Origin: Clostridia bacterium
GTDB taxonomy: Bacteria; Bacillota; Clostridia; Oscillospirales; Acutalibacteraceae
Reading direction: 5' to 3'
NCBI GenBank assembly: GCA_035647435.1
Contig: DASRNM010000014.1
Span: 1-55,549, forward strand
Length of the DNA: 55,549 bases
Notes under the pieces: model-generated
Told to the model about the DNA's origin: nothing
The model's database searches: none
The model's input: only the letters and a program-made list of their open reading frames with translations
Position numbers and translations under genes: made by a program
Shown here: piece after piece, positions 17,450 to 27,324 of the stretch
How the letters are laid out: every line of letters starts with the position of its first letter
Position numbering within the stretch: the stretch's first letter is position 1

Positions 17450-18367
17450 GTGTTTATCATGTATAAAAGGAAGAAGGCGCCTTGTGCGGTTGCGTTGGGT
17501 TGCTTTGACGGATTGCACAAGGGACATATGGCTGTGGTTAGGGCTGCTCTATCCTTTAAGGATAGGGGCTTTGCCCCGCATGTTCTGTTGTTTGATATTC
17601 ACCCTCAAAAAATACTCAACGGTGGGCCCCCTCCTGAGTTGCTAACGCTCGAAAACCAGAAATCAATTGTGAAAGAGCTCGGGTTAGAGCCGATGATTGT
17701 AAAGTTTGAGAAAATATGCAAAATGTCGCCCGAAAAGTTTGTTTTGGACTTTTTGGTAAAAAAGCATAACGTCGCTGCTATTTGCTGTGGCTATAACTAT
17801 CACTTCGGCTCAAACGGGTTGGGAGACGTAAAAACGCTTGAAAAAATTTGCACATCAAATGACATAGAGTTAAGAATTGCTTCAAAGGTAGAGTATAAGG
17901 GCTCGGCGATAAGTTCTACCCGCATCAGGCAAGCAATAGTTCAGGGGGAAATTGAAGATGCAAACGCTATGCTTGGCAGATGCTTCTTTTATGACTTTAC
18001 GGTCGTCAGCGGTGACAAAATAGGTCGCCTTATAGGCTCCCCAACAATCAATCAGCATTTCCCGAAAAGGTTTATTGTGCCGAAATTCGGAGTGTATGCA
18101 TCAAAAACATATGTAAATGGTAGCTGGCAAGCCTCTGTTACAAACATAGGCAGAAGGCCATCGTTTGCCTCTGATGAATTGAGAAGCGAAACCTGTATAC
18201 TTGGGTTTTCAGGTGATTTGTATAAAACCAATACAACTGTTTGCCTTTTGAAATATTTAAGGGGTGAAGAGAAGTTTGCTAATCTTGACGAGTTAAAGGC
18301 ACAAATAAAAAAAGATTCAGCTAGCGCACTTAAAGTATTTGAAAAGAAAAGGTACAATATAACATAA
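17450..18367 (+). CDS. ribF: Bifunctional riboflavin kinase / FMN adenylyltransferase
   Basis: ALGCFDGLHKGH nucleotidyltransferase motif, with a C-terminal riboflavin kinase domain (PTINQ..., GVYA). The start may be ATG 17459 rather than GTG 17450. Confidence 0.88.
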   Translation: MFIMYKRKKAPCAVALGCFDGLHKGHMAVVRAALSFKDRGFAPHVLLFDIHPQKILNGGPPPELLTLENQKSIVKELGLEPMIVKFEKICKMSPEKFVLDFLVKKHNVAAICCGYNYHFGSNGLGDVKTLEKICTSNDIELRIASKVEYKGSAISSTRIRQAIVQGEIEDANAMLGRCFFYDFTVVSGDKIGRLIGSPTINQHFPKRFIVPKFGVYASKTYVNGSWQASVTNIGRRPSFASDELRSETCILGFSGDLYKTNTTVCLLKYLRGEEKFANLDELKAQIKKDSASALKVFEKKRYNIT

Positions 18368-18401
18368 AAACCAGCCCCCTTTGATAAGAAGAGCTGGTTT
18401 T
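18368..18401. terminator. Weak bidirectional terminator hairpin
   Basis: AAAACCAGC ... GCTGGTTTT between convergent genes. The stem is short and the loop long. Confidence 0.45.
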
Positions 18402-18426
18402 GCGTATTATGTTTCGCGCGTGGTGC

Positions 18427-18738
18427 TTAACCGACCTTTTTGCCGTCTTTAAGCTTAATTTTTCCTATATAGGGGACCTTGAGAAATCCGTTAACAACGT
18501 CATCTTCAAATGTCAACGAAATAGGAACATCTTTTCCTTTAAGCATAGAAATGTTACCGACCGCTGTTAAGGTGTTGCCCTCTTCCTTGACATCCTTGAC
18601 CAAGATTTCGGGGATGTCTTCGCCCGGGATTTCAACCTCAAAACCGTATTCACCGTTGTTGTCGAAAATCTTAATTTTGGCGTCGCCCTTGAAAAACATT
18701 GTGTCAACATTGAAACTCCAAGTACCTATACCTATCAT
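18427..18738 (-). CDS. Hypothetical small protein (103 aa), apparently beta-rich
   Basis: GGGAG RBS about 10 nt upstream of ATG 18738. No signal peptide, and I recognise no domain. Confidence 0.55.
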   Translation of the reverse strand: MIGIGTWSFNVDTMFFKGDAKIKIFDNNGEYGFEVEIPGEDIPEILVKDVKEEGNTLTAVGNISMLKGKDVPISLTFEDDVVNGFLKVPYIGKIKLKDGKKVG

Positions 18739-18859
18739 AATGTTAAATCTCCCTTATTATATTTACCAATTAAGGTATTTTTAGAAATTTTATCACTTTT
18801 TTCCGAATCGGTATTGTATAAATCATTGATTTTGTTATAATCAAATAAGGGGTGGTGTA

Positions 18860-19243
18860 ATGATTGACAGCAAACCCAAAGGATTGCGCAAGCGTTCAGT
18901 GATTAAAAGCGATATAGTCAAAGACATTGACGAATATGTTTCTGAGCATATATGTGAAAAAATAGTTGTAATTGAAATAGCTGAGCATCTTCAGAAGAAC
19001 CCAAGTTATCTTAACTATAAATTTAAATTGAGAACGGGTCTGTGTATAACCGAGTATATCCAAAGAAAGAAAATTGGTGAAGCTAAAAAAAGGTTGATAC
19101 AAACCGACAACACAATAACAGAGATATGTACAGAACTTTCATATTATGACCAAAGTCATTTTATAAGGTGTTTTAAAAAAGAAACAGGTTTAACACCGTT
19201 GCGGTATAGAGAGTTGAACCTTGCAAACTCAGAGCTTTCATAG
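18860..19243 (+). CDS. AraC-family transcriptional regulator, DNA-binding domain only (127 aa)
   Basis: HTH_18/AraC signature TEICTELSYYDQSHFIRCFKKETGLTPLRYR. No N-terminal sensor domain. RBS GGGGTGG. An extended -10 element (TGTTATAAT) lies upstream. Confidence 0.85.
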   Translation: MIDSKPKGLRKRSVIKSDIVKDIDEYVSEHICEKIVVIEIAEHLQKNPSYLNYKFKLRTGLCITEYIQRKKIGEAKKRLIQTDNTITEICTELSYYDQSHFIRCFKKETGLTPLRYRELNLANSELS

Positions 19244-19336
19244 TGCTTAGGCCGCTAGTTTTATGCCTGAATAGACATAAAATAAAATTGTATTAGAAAA
19301 ATACAGTGTGCGACCTCTTGAGGAGAGAAAATATAA

Positions 19337-21217
19337 ATGAGAAAAATGGTTATGGGAATTGGAATTAAAAAAACATTACTTGCGCTTGGCGATGCAATAC
19401 TATTGAATTTCAGCTTCTTTTTTATTACATACATGTATTTTGACTCAAACCCACCGCCTGACATTGTAGGTGCTTTGATAGGCAGAAGCCTTTATGTAAC
19501 GATATCATTTTTGATTTTATTTTGGGGCTTTGGCCTTTACAACAGCATTTGGAAATATGCTGGGTTTAATGAGGTAATTCAAAGCGTTATTGCGGTTGCA
19601 GTCGGTAGCGTTGCCAGTGTTGGAATAGATAAAGCAGGCAATTACCTCGAACTGTCCAATATGGTCAATTTTCCGCCGTTAGTCTATTTTAGCAGCATGA
19701 TGCTTAACATTTTACTAATCAGCTCATTGAGGCTCTCTTATAGGGCACTTAGAAGATATGTAAACAGTGAAAAAGGTTTGTTGAAAAAAAGCATCAGAGG
19801 AAAAAGAATAATGATAATAGGTGCTGGCGACATGGGCATGATTATTTTTAAAGATTTAGACACACAGGGCTATCGCCGAGGCAAACCCGTCATTTTTGTT
19901 GATGACAAGAAAGGCAAGCAGGGCAGAACGCTTTGCGGGGTGCCCGTTCGTGGCGGATGCGAAAAAATACCCGAGCTTGTGAACAAATACAAGGTTGATG
20001 AAATAATATTTGCTATTCCCTCTGCAACAAACGAAAGAAAATCACAAATAATGCAAATTGCAATGAAAACAAAGTGCACGTTAAAAACAGCAGCGTCCTT
20101 GTCTGAACTTGCAAACTTTAAACCTGGAATACAAAAGGTTAGAAAAGTAGAGATTTCGGACCTTCTATCCCGTCCGGAGGTCACGCTTGACACACAAATA
20201 TGCAAATATTTAAAAGGGCAGACTGTTTTGGTAACAGGCGGAGGTGGCTCAATAGGGAGCGAAATTTGTCGCCAGGTTGCAAAATATGGTCCGTCAACAA
20301 TAATTATTTTTGATATATATGAAAACAATGCGTTCTATCTCAAAAACAGCATTGACTATGAATATGAAGGGTTCCCTGATGTTCAGATAAGAATCGGCTC
20401 TGTACAGGACGAAAAAAGATTGCGTGAAGTTTTTGAGGAGTTTCGCCCTTCGGTTGTTTTTCATGCGGCCGCACACAAGCATGTGCCGCTTATGGAGGAA
20501 AACCCTTGCGAGGCTATTAAGAACAATATTTTCGGTACATATAATACGGCGACGGTTGCGAGAGATTATGCAGTCAAAAACTTCGTAATTTTATCAACAG
20601 ACAAAGCGGTCAACCCGGCAAATGTTATGGGCGCGACAAAAAGGGTGACGGAGCTGATTGTTCAGTATTTTGATTCTATTTCGCCTAAAACTAAGTTTGC
20701 CGCAGTCAGATTCGGCAATGTTTTGGGTTCAAACGGGAGTGTAATACCTATCTTCAAGGAGCAAATCGAAAGAGGCGGCCCTGTAACGGTTACTGATGCA
20801 AATATAACCCGTTTCTTTATGACAATACCTGAAGCGGCACAGCTTGTTGTGCAGGCGGGCGGACTCTCAAAAGGTGGAGAGGTATTTGTTCTTGATATGG
20901 GAGAGCCTGTCAAGATATTGGAACTTGCTGAGAACATAATAAGGCTTTCTGGCTATGAGCCGTACACAGATATTGAGATTGCTTTCACTGGGCTTCGTCC
21001 AGGGGAAAAGCTTTATGAAGAACTGTCTCTTAATGAGGAGGTAACAAAGAAAATGACAGCAAACAACAAAATATTTGTTACCGCACCGATAGATTTTAAC
21101 CATGAGTTGCTGTTAAAAACACTTGATGATATGAGAGTGGCAGCTCAAGACAATGTGAGAAGTTTACTCAAAAAAATTGTTCCCAACTATGTTCAGCATA
21201 ATGGAAACGATAATTAA
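19337..21217 (+). CDS. Membrane-bound nucleotide-sugar 4,6-dehydratase (CapD/PglF/EpsC family)
   Basis: Four N-terminal TM segments, then two Rossmann regions (IIGAGDMG and VTGGGGSIGSE) and the AAHKHVPLME motif. 626 aa. Confidence 0.88.
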   Translation: MRKMVMGIGIKKTLLALGDAILLNFSFFFITYMYFDSNPPPDIVGALIGRSLYVTISFLILFWGFGLYNSIWKYAGFNEVIQSVIAVAVGSVASVGIDKAGNYLELSNMVNFPPLVYFSSMMLNILLISSLRLSYRALRRYVNSEKGLLKKSIRGKRIMIIGAGDMGMIIFKDLDTQGYRRGKPVIFVDDKKGKQGRTLCGVPVRGGCEKIPELVNKYKVDEIIFAIPSATNERKSQIMQIAMKTKCTLKTAASLSELANFKPGIQKVRKVEISDLLSRPEVTLDTQICKYLKGQTVLVTGGGGSIGSEICRQVAKYGPSTIIIFDIYENNAFYLKNSIDYEYEGFPDVQIRIGSVQDEKRLREVFEEFRPSVVFHAAAHKHVPLMEENPCEAIKNNIFGTYNTATVARDYAVKNFVILSTDKAVNPANVMGATKRVTELIVQYFDSISPKTKFAAVRFGNVLGSNGSVIPIFKEQIERGGPVTVTDANITRFFMTIPEAAQLVVQAGGLSKGGEVFVLDMGEPVKILELAENIIRLSGYEPYTDIEIAFTGLRPGEKLYEELSLNEEVTKKMTANNKIFVTAPIDFNHELLLKTLDDMRVAAQDNVRSLLKKIVPNYVQHNGNDN

Positions 21218-21261
21218 GAATTAATATAACACGATGCAGTTGTTGAAGGGGGATGATATAA

Positions 21262-21903
21262 TTGTATCGATACATAAAAAGACTTTTTGATTTAGTGTTT
21301 TCAATATTGATATTAATTGCAATGTCTCCTGTTTTTCTTTTGGTATCTCTTGCACTTATTATTTGCCACGACGGCCCCGTGTTGTTTAAGCAGAAGCGCC
21401 CAGGCAAGGGTGGCAAAATATTCACTGTTTATAAGTTCAGAACAATGAAAACTCAAACACATAAAGACGGCATTGAGCTTTCAGATATGGAGAGGATAAC
21501 AGGTGTAGGCAAAGTTCTCAGAGCTTTAAGTATTGACGAGTTGCCACAGTTGTTAAACGTGCTTAAAGGCGAAATGAGTTTTATCGGCCCGAGACCTTTG
21601 CTTGATGAATACATGACCAAATATAATGAGCGACAACAAAGACGGCATGAGATTTTGCCCGGAATAACGGGTTGGGCGCAAATCAACGGAAGAAACTCGA
21701 TATCATGGTCAGAAAGATTTGAACTTGATATTTGGTATGTTGACAATATGAGTTTTTGGGTTGATTTTAAAATAGTGTTTAAGACATTTGGGAACATAAT
21801 CAAAAAAGATGGTATAAATACAAACGCAAATGTTACTATGGAGCGTTTCATGGGTAGTTCCGACAGTATGGAGAAAGTACACATTAATACAAACTTATTT
21901 TGA
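21262..21903 (+). CDS. Initiating phosphoglycosyl transferase (small monotopic Bac_transf, PglC/WcfS/EpsL-like)
   Basis: YIKRLFDLVFSILILIAMSPVFLLVSLALI followed by DGPVLFKQKRPGKGGKIFTVYKFRTM and DELPQLLNVLKGEMSFIGPRP. TTG start after GGGGGA. Confidence 0.88.
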   Translation: MYRYIKRLFDLVFSILILIAMSPVFLLVSLALIICHDGPVLFKQKRPGKGGKIFTVYKFRTMKTQTHKDGIELSDMERITGVGKVLRALSIDELPQLLNVLKGEMSFIGPRPLLDEYMTKYNERQQRRHEILPGITGWAQINGRNSISWSERFELDIWYVDNMSFWVDFKIVFKTFGNIIKKDGINTNANVTMERFMGSSDSMEKVHINTNLF

Positions 21904-21923
21904 AAGAGGAAGGGGAGAGTTTT

Positions 21924-23075
21924 GTGAAGAAAGTGCTTTTTGTCGCAACTGTTTCACAACACTTTTTCTATTTTCATCAACCTTGTTTTGAGCTTTTTAA
22001 CAAGTGGGGGTGGGAGGTTCATGTTGCATGCTCTGGCGACTTTCCGCTTAATTTTGTAGATGAGCGGCATGATATCCCGTTTTCACGCTCTCCATTCTCA
22101 GTACATAACATTCAGGCCTATGGGGCATTGAAAAAGATTATAGATTCAAATAAATATGATATTATACATTGTCACACTCCCGTTGGTGGTGCAATAACCA
22201 GGATTGCTGCGAGAAACTCAAGAAAAAGCGGCACAAGAGTTATCTACACTGCCCACGGTTTTCATTTTTTTAAGGGTGCTTCGTTTTTAAACTGGTGCCT
22301 TTATTACCCGATTGAATCGCTGCTTTCTCGAGACACAGATTGCCTTATAACCATCAACGACGAGGATTATGAGATAGCGCAAAAAAGACTCCACAGCGCA
22401 AGAGTAGACTATATTCACGGCGTCGGCTGTGACAACTCAAGATTTCATAAAGCTAACGAAGAAAAGAAGAGGGAAATAAGGCGTACGCTTGGTTATAAAG
22501 ATGATGAGTTTTTAATGATTTATGTTGCTGAACTCAATAAAAACAAAAACCAATCAATGCTTATCAAGGCTGTAAAACAGGTAAGAAGAAGCTATCCAAA
22601 TGTTAGACTTTTGCTTGTCGGCCCCGACAACTTCTGCGGAACACATAGGGAGTTTGCAAAAAGAATCAACGCAATAGATGGCATTGACTTTTTGGGAACA
22701 AGAAACGATGTAGAGTATCTTTTGAATGCTTGCGACATTGCTGTTGCGTCCAGCTTTAGGGAGGGCCTGCCCGTCAACATAATGGAAGCGATGTCATGCG
22801 GCCTGCCTGTTGTTGCAACCGATAACAGAGGGCACAGGGCTTTGGTGAACGACGGAACAACAGGGTTTCTTGTCGATATAAACGACTATTTGTCGATGTC
22901 CCTTAAAATTGAAACCTTAATGAAAGAAAAAGGATTATACAACCTTATGTCGGAAAATGCGTTGAAGGCGGTTGAACCGTTTTTCAAAAGCAATGTTTTG
23001 ACCGAGCTGGAAAGTATATACACAAAATATGATGATGTGGTTGCGTCCACACATGAAAAAGCGGAGGTAAAGTGA
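21924..23075 (+). CDS. Glycosyltransferase, GT-B fold (GT4 family)
   Basis: KKVLFVATV start and C-terminal E-x7-E region FREGLPVNIMEAMSCGLPVVATD. GTG 21924 follows GAGGAAGGGGAG; the ORF-track start at 21900 overlaps that RBS. Confidence 0.85.
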   Translation: MKKVLFVATVSQHFFYFHQPCFELFNKWGWEVHVACSGDFPLNFVDERHDIPFSRSPFSVHNIQAYGALKKIIDSNKYDIIHCHTPVGGAITRIAARNSRKSGTRVIYTAHGFHFFKGASFLNWCLYYPIESLLSRDTDCLITINDEDYEIAQKRLHSARVDYIHGVGCDNSRFHKANEEKKREIRRTLGYKDDEFLMIYVAELNKNKNQSMLIKAVKQVRRSYPNVRLLLVGPDNFCGTHREFAKRINAIDGIDFLGTRNDVEYLLNACDIAVASSFREGLPVNIMEAMSCGLPVVATDNRGHRALVNDGTTGFLVDINDYLSMSLKIETLMKEKGLYNLMSENALKAVEPFFKSNVLTELESIYTKYDDVVASTHEKAEVK

Positions 23076-24184
23076 TGTCTGTAGTCCGTGTGCTGCATGT
23101 GTTCCACTCAATGAATTGTGGCGGAGCAGAAACGCTGATAATGAATGTTTACAGAAATTTAGACCGCTCAAAAATTCAATTTGATTTTCTTGTCAATTAC
23201 TTTGACGATATGTTCTACGAAAAAGAAATTGAAAAGCTCGGCGGCAAGATTTACAGAATGAAATTTCTCACACAAGTAACTCCACCGATTTATGAAAGAC
23301 AGCTTTATAGATTTTTCAAAAGTCATCCCGAATATAAAACTGTTCATTCTCACCTTGAAACAACAACGGGGATTATTTTAAAACAGGCTAAAAAAGCAGG
23401 GGTACCAAAAAGAATTGCACATAGCCATAATTCACGCTTTACTAGAGAAGGAATACTTGCAGTTGCGGAAAACATTTATAAAAGTTATTGCCGCAAGAAG
23501 ATTGCCCCGAACGCAACAGAGCTTTTAAGTTGTTCGGATAAGGCGAGCAAATGGCTTTATGGCGACAAAAGTGCGCAAGCAACGATTATAAAAAACGGTA
23601 TAGAGTCCGAAAAATATGCTTATGATGAAGCTGTAAGAATAAGAGTCAGACAACAGCTCGGAATTGATAATAACACAAAAGTTTTAGGGCACGTGGGTAG
23701 ATTTAACGATCAGAAAAACCACCAATTTTTAATAGATATATTTGAGCAGTACAGAAAACATGATGATAATTGTGTTTTGATTTTGGTTGGTGAAGGTGAC
23801 CTCAAGCAGGCAATTAAACAGAAGGTTAAAAGCAAAGGTCTTGAAAGCAGTGTGGAGTTTTTGGGTTTAAGAAGCGATGTCAATGAAGTTTTGCAAGGCT
23901 TTGATATTTTTTTGTTGCCGTCATTGTTTGAAGGTTTGCCGTTAGTAATTGTCGAAGCACAGGCGTCAGGGTTGCCCTGCCTTACGGCAGACACGATTTC
24001 ACCTCTTTCCGATTTGGGCTGTGGTCTTGTCGAGTTTTTGCCAATAGACAATGTAGACACATGGGCAAAAAAAATTACAAGTATCCACAAAGAAAGAAAA
24101 GTTACAACCGAGCAGATTAAGAAAGCAGGATATGATATAATCAGTACTGCAAAAATACTTGAAAAGATTTATTTTGATGTCTGA
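23075..24184 (+). CDS. Glycosyltransferase, GT-B fold (GT4 family, EpsF-like)
   Basis: VLHVFHSMNCGGAETLIMN N-terminus and LFEGLPLVIVEAQASGLPCLTAD. The ATG overlaps the upstream TGA (GTGATG), after GGAGG. Confidence 0.85.
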   Translation: MSVVRVLHVFHSMNCGGAETLIMNVYRNLDRSKIQFDFLVNYFDDMFYEKEIEKLGGKIYRMKFLTQVTPPIYERQLYRFFKSHPEYKTVHSHLETTTGIILKQAKKAGVPKRIAHSHNSRFTREGILAVAENIYKSYCRKKIAPNATELLSCSDKASKWLYGDKSAQATIIKNGIESEKYAYDEAVRIRVRQQLGIDNNTKVLGHVGRFNDQKNHQFLIDIFEQYRKHDDNCVLILVGEGDLKQAIKQKVKSKGLESSVEFLGLRSDVNEVLQGFDIFLLPSLFEGLPLVIVEAQASGLPCLTADTISPLSDLGCGLVEFLPIDNVDTWAKKITSIHKERKVTTEQIKKAGYDIISTAKILEKIYFDV

Positions 24185-24203
24185 AGGAGTTGGGGTAAGA
24201 CCA

Positions 24204-25277
24204 ATGAAATGTGTTGTTAAATTCAGTGGGGTTCCCTTGCATTTATATCAGATAATTGCGGGCTTTACTCTGTTGGAAAGAAAAGGCGAAATAGAGCTGA
24301 AAACTGAAAGACTTAAACCCGACGACGAGGACATTTTGCCATATAATATGCTTGAAGTTGTTATGGACTCAAAGCGTATAATATACGATATGAATGACGG
24401 TTATGATAACTTGTCTATCAATCAAGGGGATTGGAGAGAGCTTTACAATGGGCTCCTCGACAGGTGTGATTACCTTTTCAAACGTAGCTTTAATGCGCAA
24501 ATGAACGCACAATTAAAAAACTTCCATAAAATTAAAATGACAGCACCGAATTTTTTTGTTACAATAAAAGGCAACCTTGCACATTTGCCCGTTCCTTGCG
24601 ACCCTAAAAAAGAACAATTTAAGAAGCTTGTCAGAATGGTGCCGGGCACAGAGTTTTATAATGGCCACTGTTATGAAGAAAATTTTAAAGCACAACCTAT
24701 TGCAAACAAAAACCCGAAAATCTTGTTTATGGCGAGGCTATGGGATCCTAAAGGGGAATTTGAAGGGCAACTCAATGAAGAAAAAAGCGAGGAAAGATTT
24801 CAGATTAACGAAGACCGAGCAAAATGTATTCGTCTTTGCAAAAAGGAGTTCGGTAGCAAGTTTTTTGGTGGCATAACTCCATCTGAATTTGCAAGAAGGG
24901 AATACAATGATGTGGTGCTCGGCGACACCTCTGTTTACAGAAAAGATGCATATTTGAAGCACATGAAAAGCTTTGATATTCACATTTCGACAATGGGTTT
25001 GCACAAGTCTACTGGGTGGAAATTTGCTGAATATTTAGCCGCCTCAAAGGCAATAGTCTGCGAGCCGCTTTTTTATGAATCGAGTGGTAATCTAAGTGAT
25101 GGCAAGAACTATTTGTCGTTTCGCAATGAAACGGAGTGTGTCGAAAAGATAAATGAACTCCTGCAAGCCGAAAGGCGACATGAGATGATGGTTGCAAATA
25201 GTGAGTATTACGATGAGAATATGAAATGCGAAAGGCTTGTGAGAAACACCTTGAATGAGGTTGAAAGAAGTGGTTGA
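24204..25277 (+). CDS. Uncharacterised protein; the C-terminal half resembles a GT-B C-domain (Glyco_trans_1_2/CgeB-like)
   Basis: No N-terminal Gly-rich GT motif. The C-terminal STGWKFAEYLAASKAIVCEP...GKNYLSF resembles a nucleotide-sugar-binding half. ATG 24204 follows a GGAG...GGGG stretch. Confidence 0.5.
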   Translation: MKCVVKFSGVPLHLYQIIAGFTLLERKGEIELKTERLKPDDEDILPYNMLEVVMDSKRIIYDMNDGYDNLSINQGDWRELYNGLLDRCDYLFKRSFNAQMNAQLKNFHKIKMTAPNFFVTIKGNLAHLPVPCDPKKEQFKKLVRMVPGTEFYNGHCYEENFKAQPIANKNPKILFMARLWDPKGEFEGQLNEEKSEERFQINEDRAKCIRLCKKEFGSKFFGGITPSEFARREYNDVVLGDTSVYRKDAYLKHMKSFDIHISTMGLHKSTGWKFAEYLAASKAIVCEPLFYESSGNLSDGKNYLSFRNETECVEKINELLQAERRHEMMVANSEYYDENMKCERLVRNTLNEVERSG

Positions 25278-26196
25278 TTTGCCTATTTTGACGGTGTTTA
25301 CGCCGACATACAACAGAGCATATATATTGCCTCAGTGTTATGAAGCGATGAAAAGGCAGACCTGTAAGAATTTTGTATGGCTTATTGTCGATGACGGTTC
25401 AACCGATAACACAAAAGAGCTTGTTAATAGCTGGATTGAGCAGGACAATGGGTTTGAAATACGCTATTTTTATAAAGAAAACCAGGGTATGCATTCTGCA
25501 CATAATTGTGCTTATGAAAACATAAACACTCAAATAAACACTTGTATTGACTCCGATGACTACATGCCAGACGATGCCGTTAAAAAAATAATAAATTTTT
25601 GGACAACCTGTAAAAAGGATGAAAAGATAAGCGGTTTTCTTGCCCTTGATGCCTATTCAAACGGTGAAATAATCGGTGGCAAGTTTCCTGCGGATATAAA
25701 AAGAGCAACGTATTATGAATACTATAACAAATACGGAGTTAGGGGCGACAAAAAATTTATTCTCAGAACGGATTTAACAAAGAATGACCCTTACCCGATT
25801 TTTGAAGGCGAAAAATATGTTAACCTTGCAACAAAATACAGCTTGCTTGACATTGATTATCAATTGCTAAACATGAACGAGGTTGTCTGCATTGTTGAGT
25901 ATCTTGAAGATGGTTCTTCAAGAAATATGTTAATGCAGTACATTAGAAATCCAAAAGGGTTTGCGTACAGTAGGAAGCTTTGCATGTCTTTACCATTTGC
26001 AAGCTTAAGGTTTAAGTTTGTTCAGGCAATTCACTATGTTTCAAGCTGTCTGATACTAAAGAATAGGGCATGGTTGAGAGAAACCCCTTTAAAAACACTA
26101 ACACTATTTGCTGCACCGTTTGGCTTTTTACTGTATATCTTTATCAAGTTTAAAACCAAAGGAAATAAACAAGGCAAATACTCACGAGGTATATAA
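25255..26196 (+). CDS. Glycosyltransferase family 2
   Basis: ILTVFTPTYNRAYIL..., LIVDDGSTDNT and DSDD motifs, with a C-terminal TM. The start is uncertain: ATG 25255 overlaps the upstream gene by 23 nt, and GTG 25270 is an alternative. Confidence 0.8.
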   Translation: MRLKEVVDLPILTVFTPTYNRAYILPQCYEAMKRQTCKNFVWLIVDDGSTDNTKELVNSWIEQDNGFEIRYFYKENQGMHSAHNCAYENINTQINTCIDSDDYMPDDAVKKIINFWTTCKKDEKISGFLALDAYSNGEIIGGKFPADIKRATYYEYYNKYGVRGDKKFILRTDLTKNDPYPIFEGEKYVNLATKYSLLDIDYQLLNMNEVVCIVEYLEDGSSRNMLMQYIRNPKGFAYSRKLCMSLPFASLRFKFVQAIHYVSSCLILKNRAWLRETPLKTLTLFAAPFGFLLYIFIKFKTKGNKQGKYSRGI

Positions 26197-27288
26197 ATGG
26201 GCGATTTAATTATTATGACACTAATTGCATATTTCGTCGCACTTCTGGCTCAAAGAAGACCGGCAAGAAAGCTAGGTGGTTTGGGCTACCCGAAGCCACA
26301 CATTGTTGCCTTTATTGTGCCCGCGGTAATGTTTACGGTTTATTCGGGTTTAAGGCATCTTTGCGGAGATACTTTTTTCTACATACACTCATACAATCTC
26401 TTGCCCGATGATATGCCTATGCCACACTTTGATTTTGGTGGCAATCAGATGTTTATGATGCTTCAATGGGTGGTCCGTTCTTTTACGGCGGATGCGCAAC
26501 CGTTTATTTTTATTTGTGCAATCATAAGCCTTGTACCGGTTATATTTATTATCTATAAATATTCGTTCCCTTATGATATAAGTATGTTTTTGTTTGTGGC
26601 GACAGGATATTTTTCTTTGTCGATGAACGGCATGAGACAATATGTTGCAGCGGGCATAATGGTTTTGGGAACAAAATATATGTTCTCAGACAAAAAAGGT
26701 GCCTGGTGGAAGTTTTTTCTAATCGCATTTATTTCGTACCTTTTCCACTCAAGCGCTATAATAATGATACCTATATTTTTAATTGTAAGAAGGAAGGCAT
26801 GGACCCCTCTGACGCTTACAATTATAGTCGCAAGCTTCTTTGCCGCACTAATGTTTAATGACTTTCTGCCTTCGTTTTTGGGCTTTATCGGGGACTTTGG
26901 TTATACACGATATGTTGAAAATGAATGGTTTACAAGTGGCGATGAGGGTGGCTCAAGTTTTGCAAGAGTTATTGTTATGGCTTTCCCCGTGTTTTTATCG
27001 TATCTTGCAAGGCATAGAATAAAGATTTTGGGTAAGCAAGGGGATATTCTAATAAATCTTGCTGTTTTCAACCTTGCATTTTCAATTCTTTCACTTCGAA
27101 ATTGGATTTTTACGAGATTTACAATTTATACGAGCATTTACCTAATTATTTTGATGGCATGGCTGATCACGCAGGGCTTTAACAAACGAAATACAAAAAT
27201 AGTTTATTTGATAAGCATAATCTTATTCAGCGTTTACTTTTGGAACTTAAGGTATTCTATTTTGGACTATTGGAGCCCGTATTTCTAA
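26197..27288 (+). CDS. EpsG-family polytopic membrane protein (putative Wzy-type polysaccharide polymerase)
   Basis: 363 aa with roughly 10 hydrophobic segments and no soluble domain. It has the position and size typical of EpsG/Wzy. RBS GAGG. Confidence 0.7.
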   Translation: MGDLIIMTLIAYFVALLAQRRPARKLGGLGYPKPHIVAFIVPAVMFTVYSGLRHLCGDTFFYIHSYNLLPDDMPMPHFDFGGNQMFMMLQWVVRSFTADAQPFIFICAIISLVPVIFIIYKYSFPYDISMFLFVATGYFSLSMNGMRQYVAAGIMVLGTKYMFSDKKGAWWKFFLIAFISYLFHSSAIIMIPIFLIVRRKAWTPLTLTIIVASFFAALMFNDFLPSFLGFIGDFGYTRYVENEWFTSGDEGGSSFARVIVMAFPVFLSYLARHRIKILGKQGDILINLAVFNLAFSILSLRNWIFTRFTIYTSIYLIILMAWLITQGFNKRNTKIVYLISIILFSVYFWNLRYSILDYWSPYF

Positions 27289-27324
27289 CAATTATTTTAC
27301 TCATTACAAAAGGGAGTGGTTATT

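Noticed and set aside
19261-19464. Minus-strand 67-aa ORF across the start of the CapD-like gene
   Set aside because: It overlaps the RBS and N-terminal TM-coding region of a well-supported gene and has no translation signals of its own.
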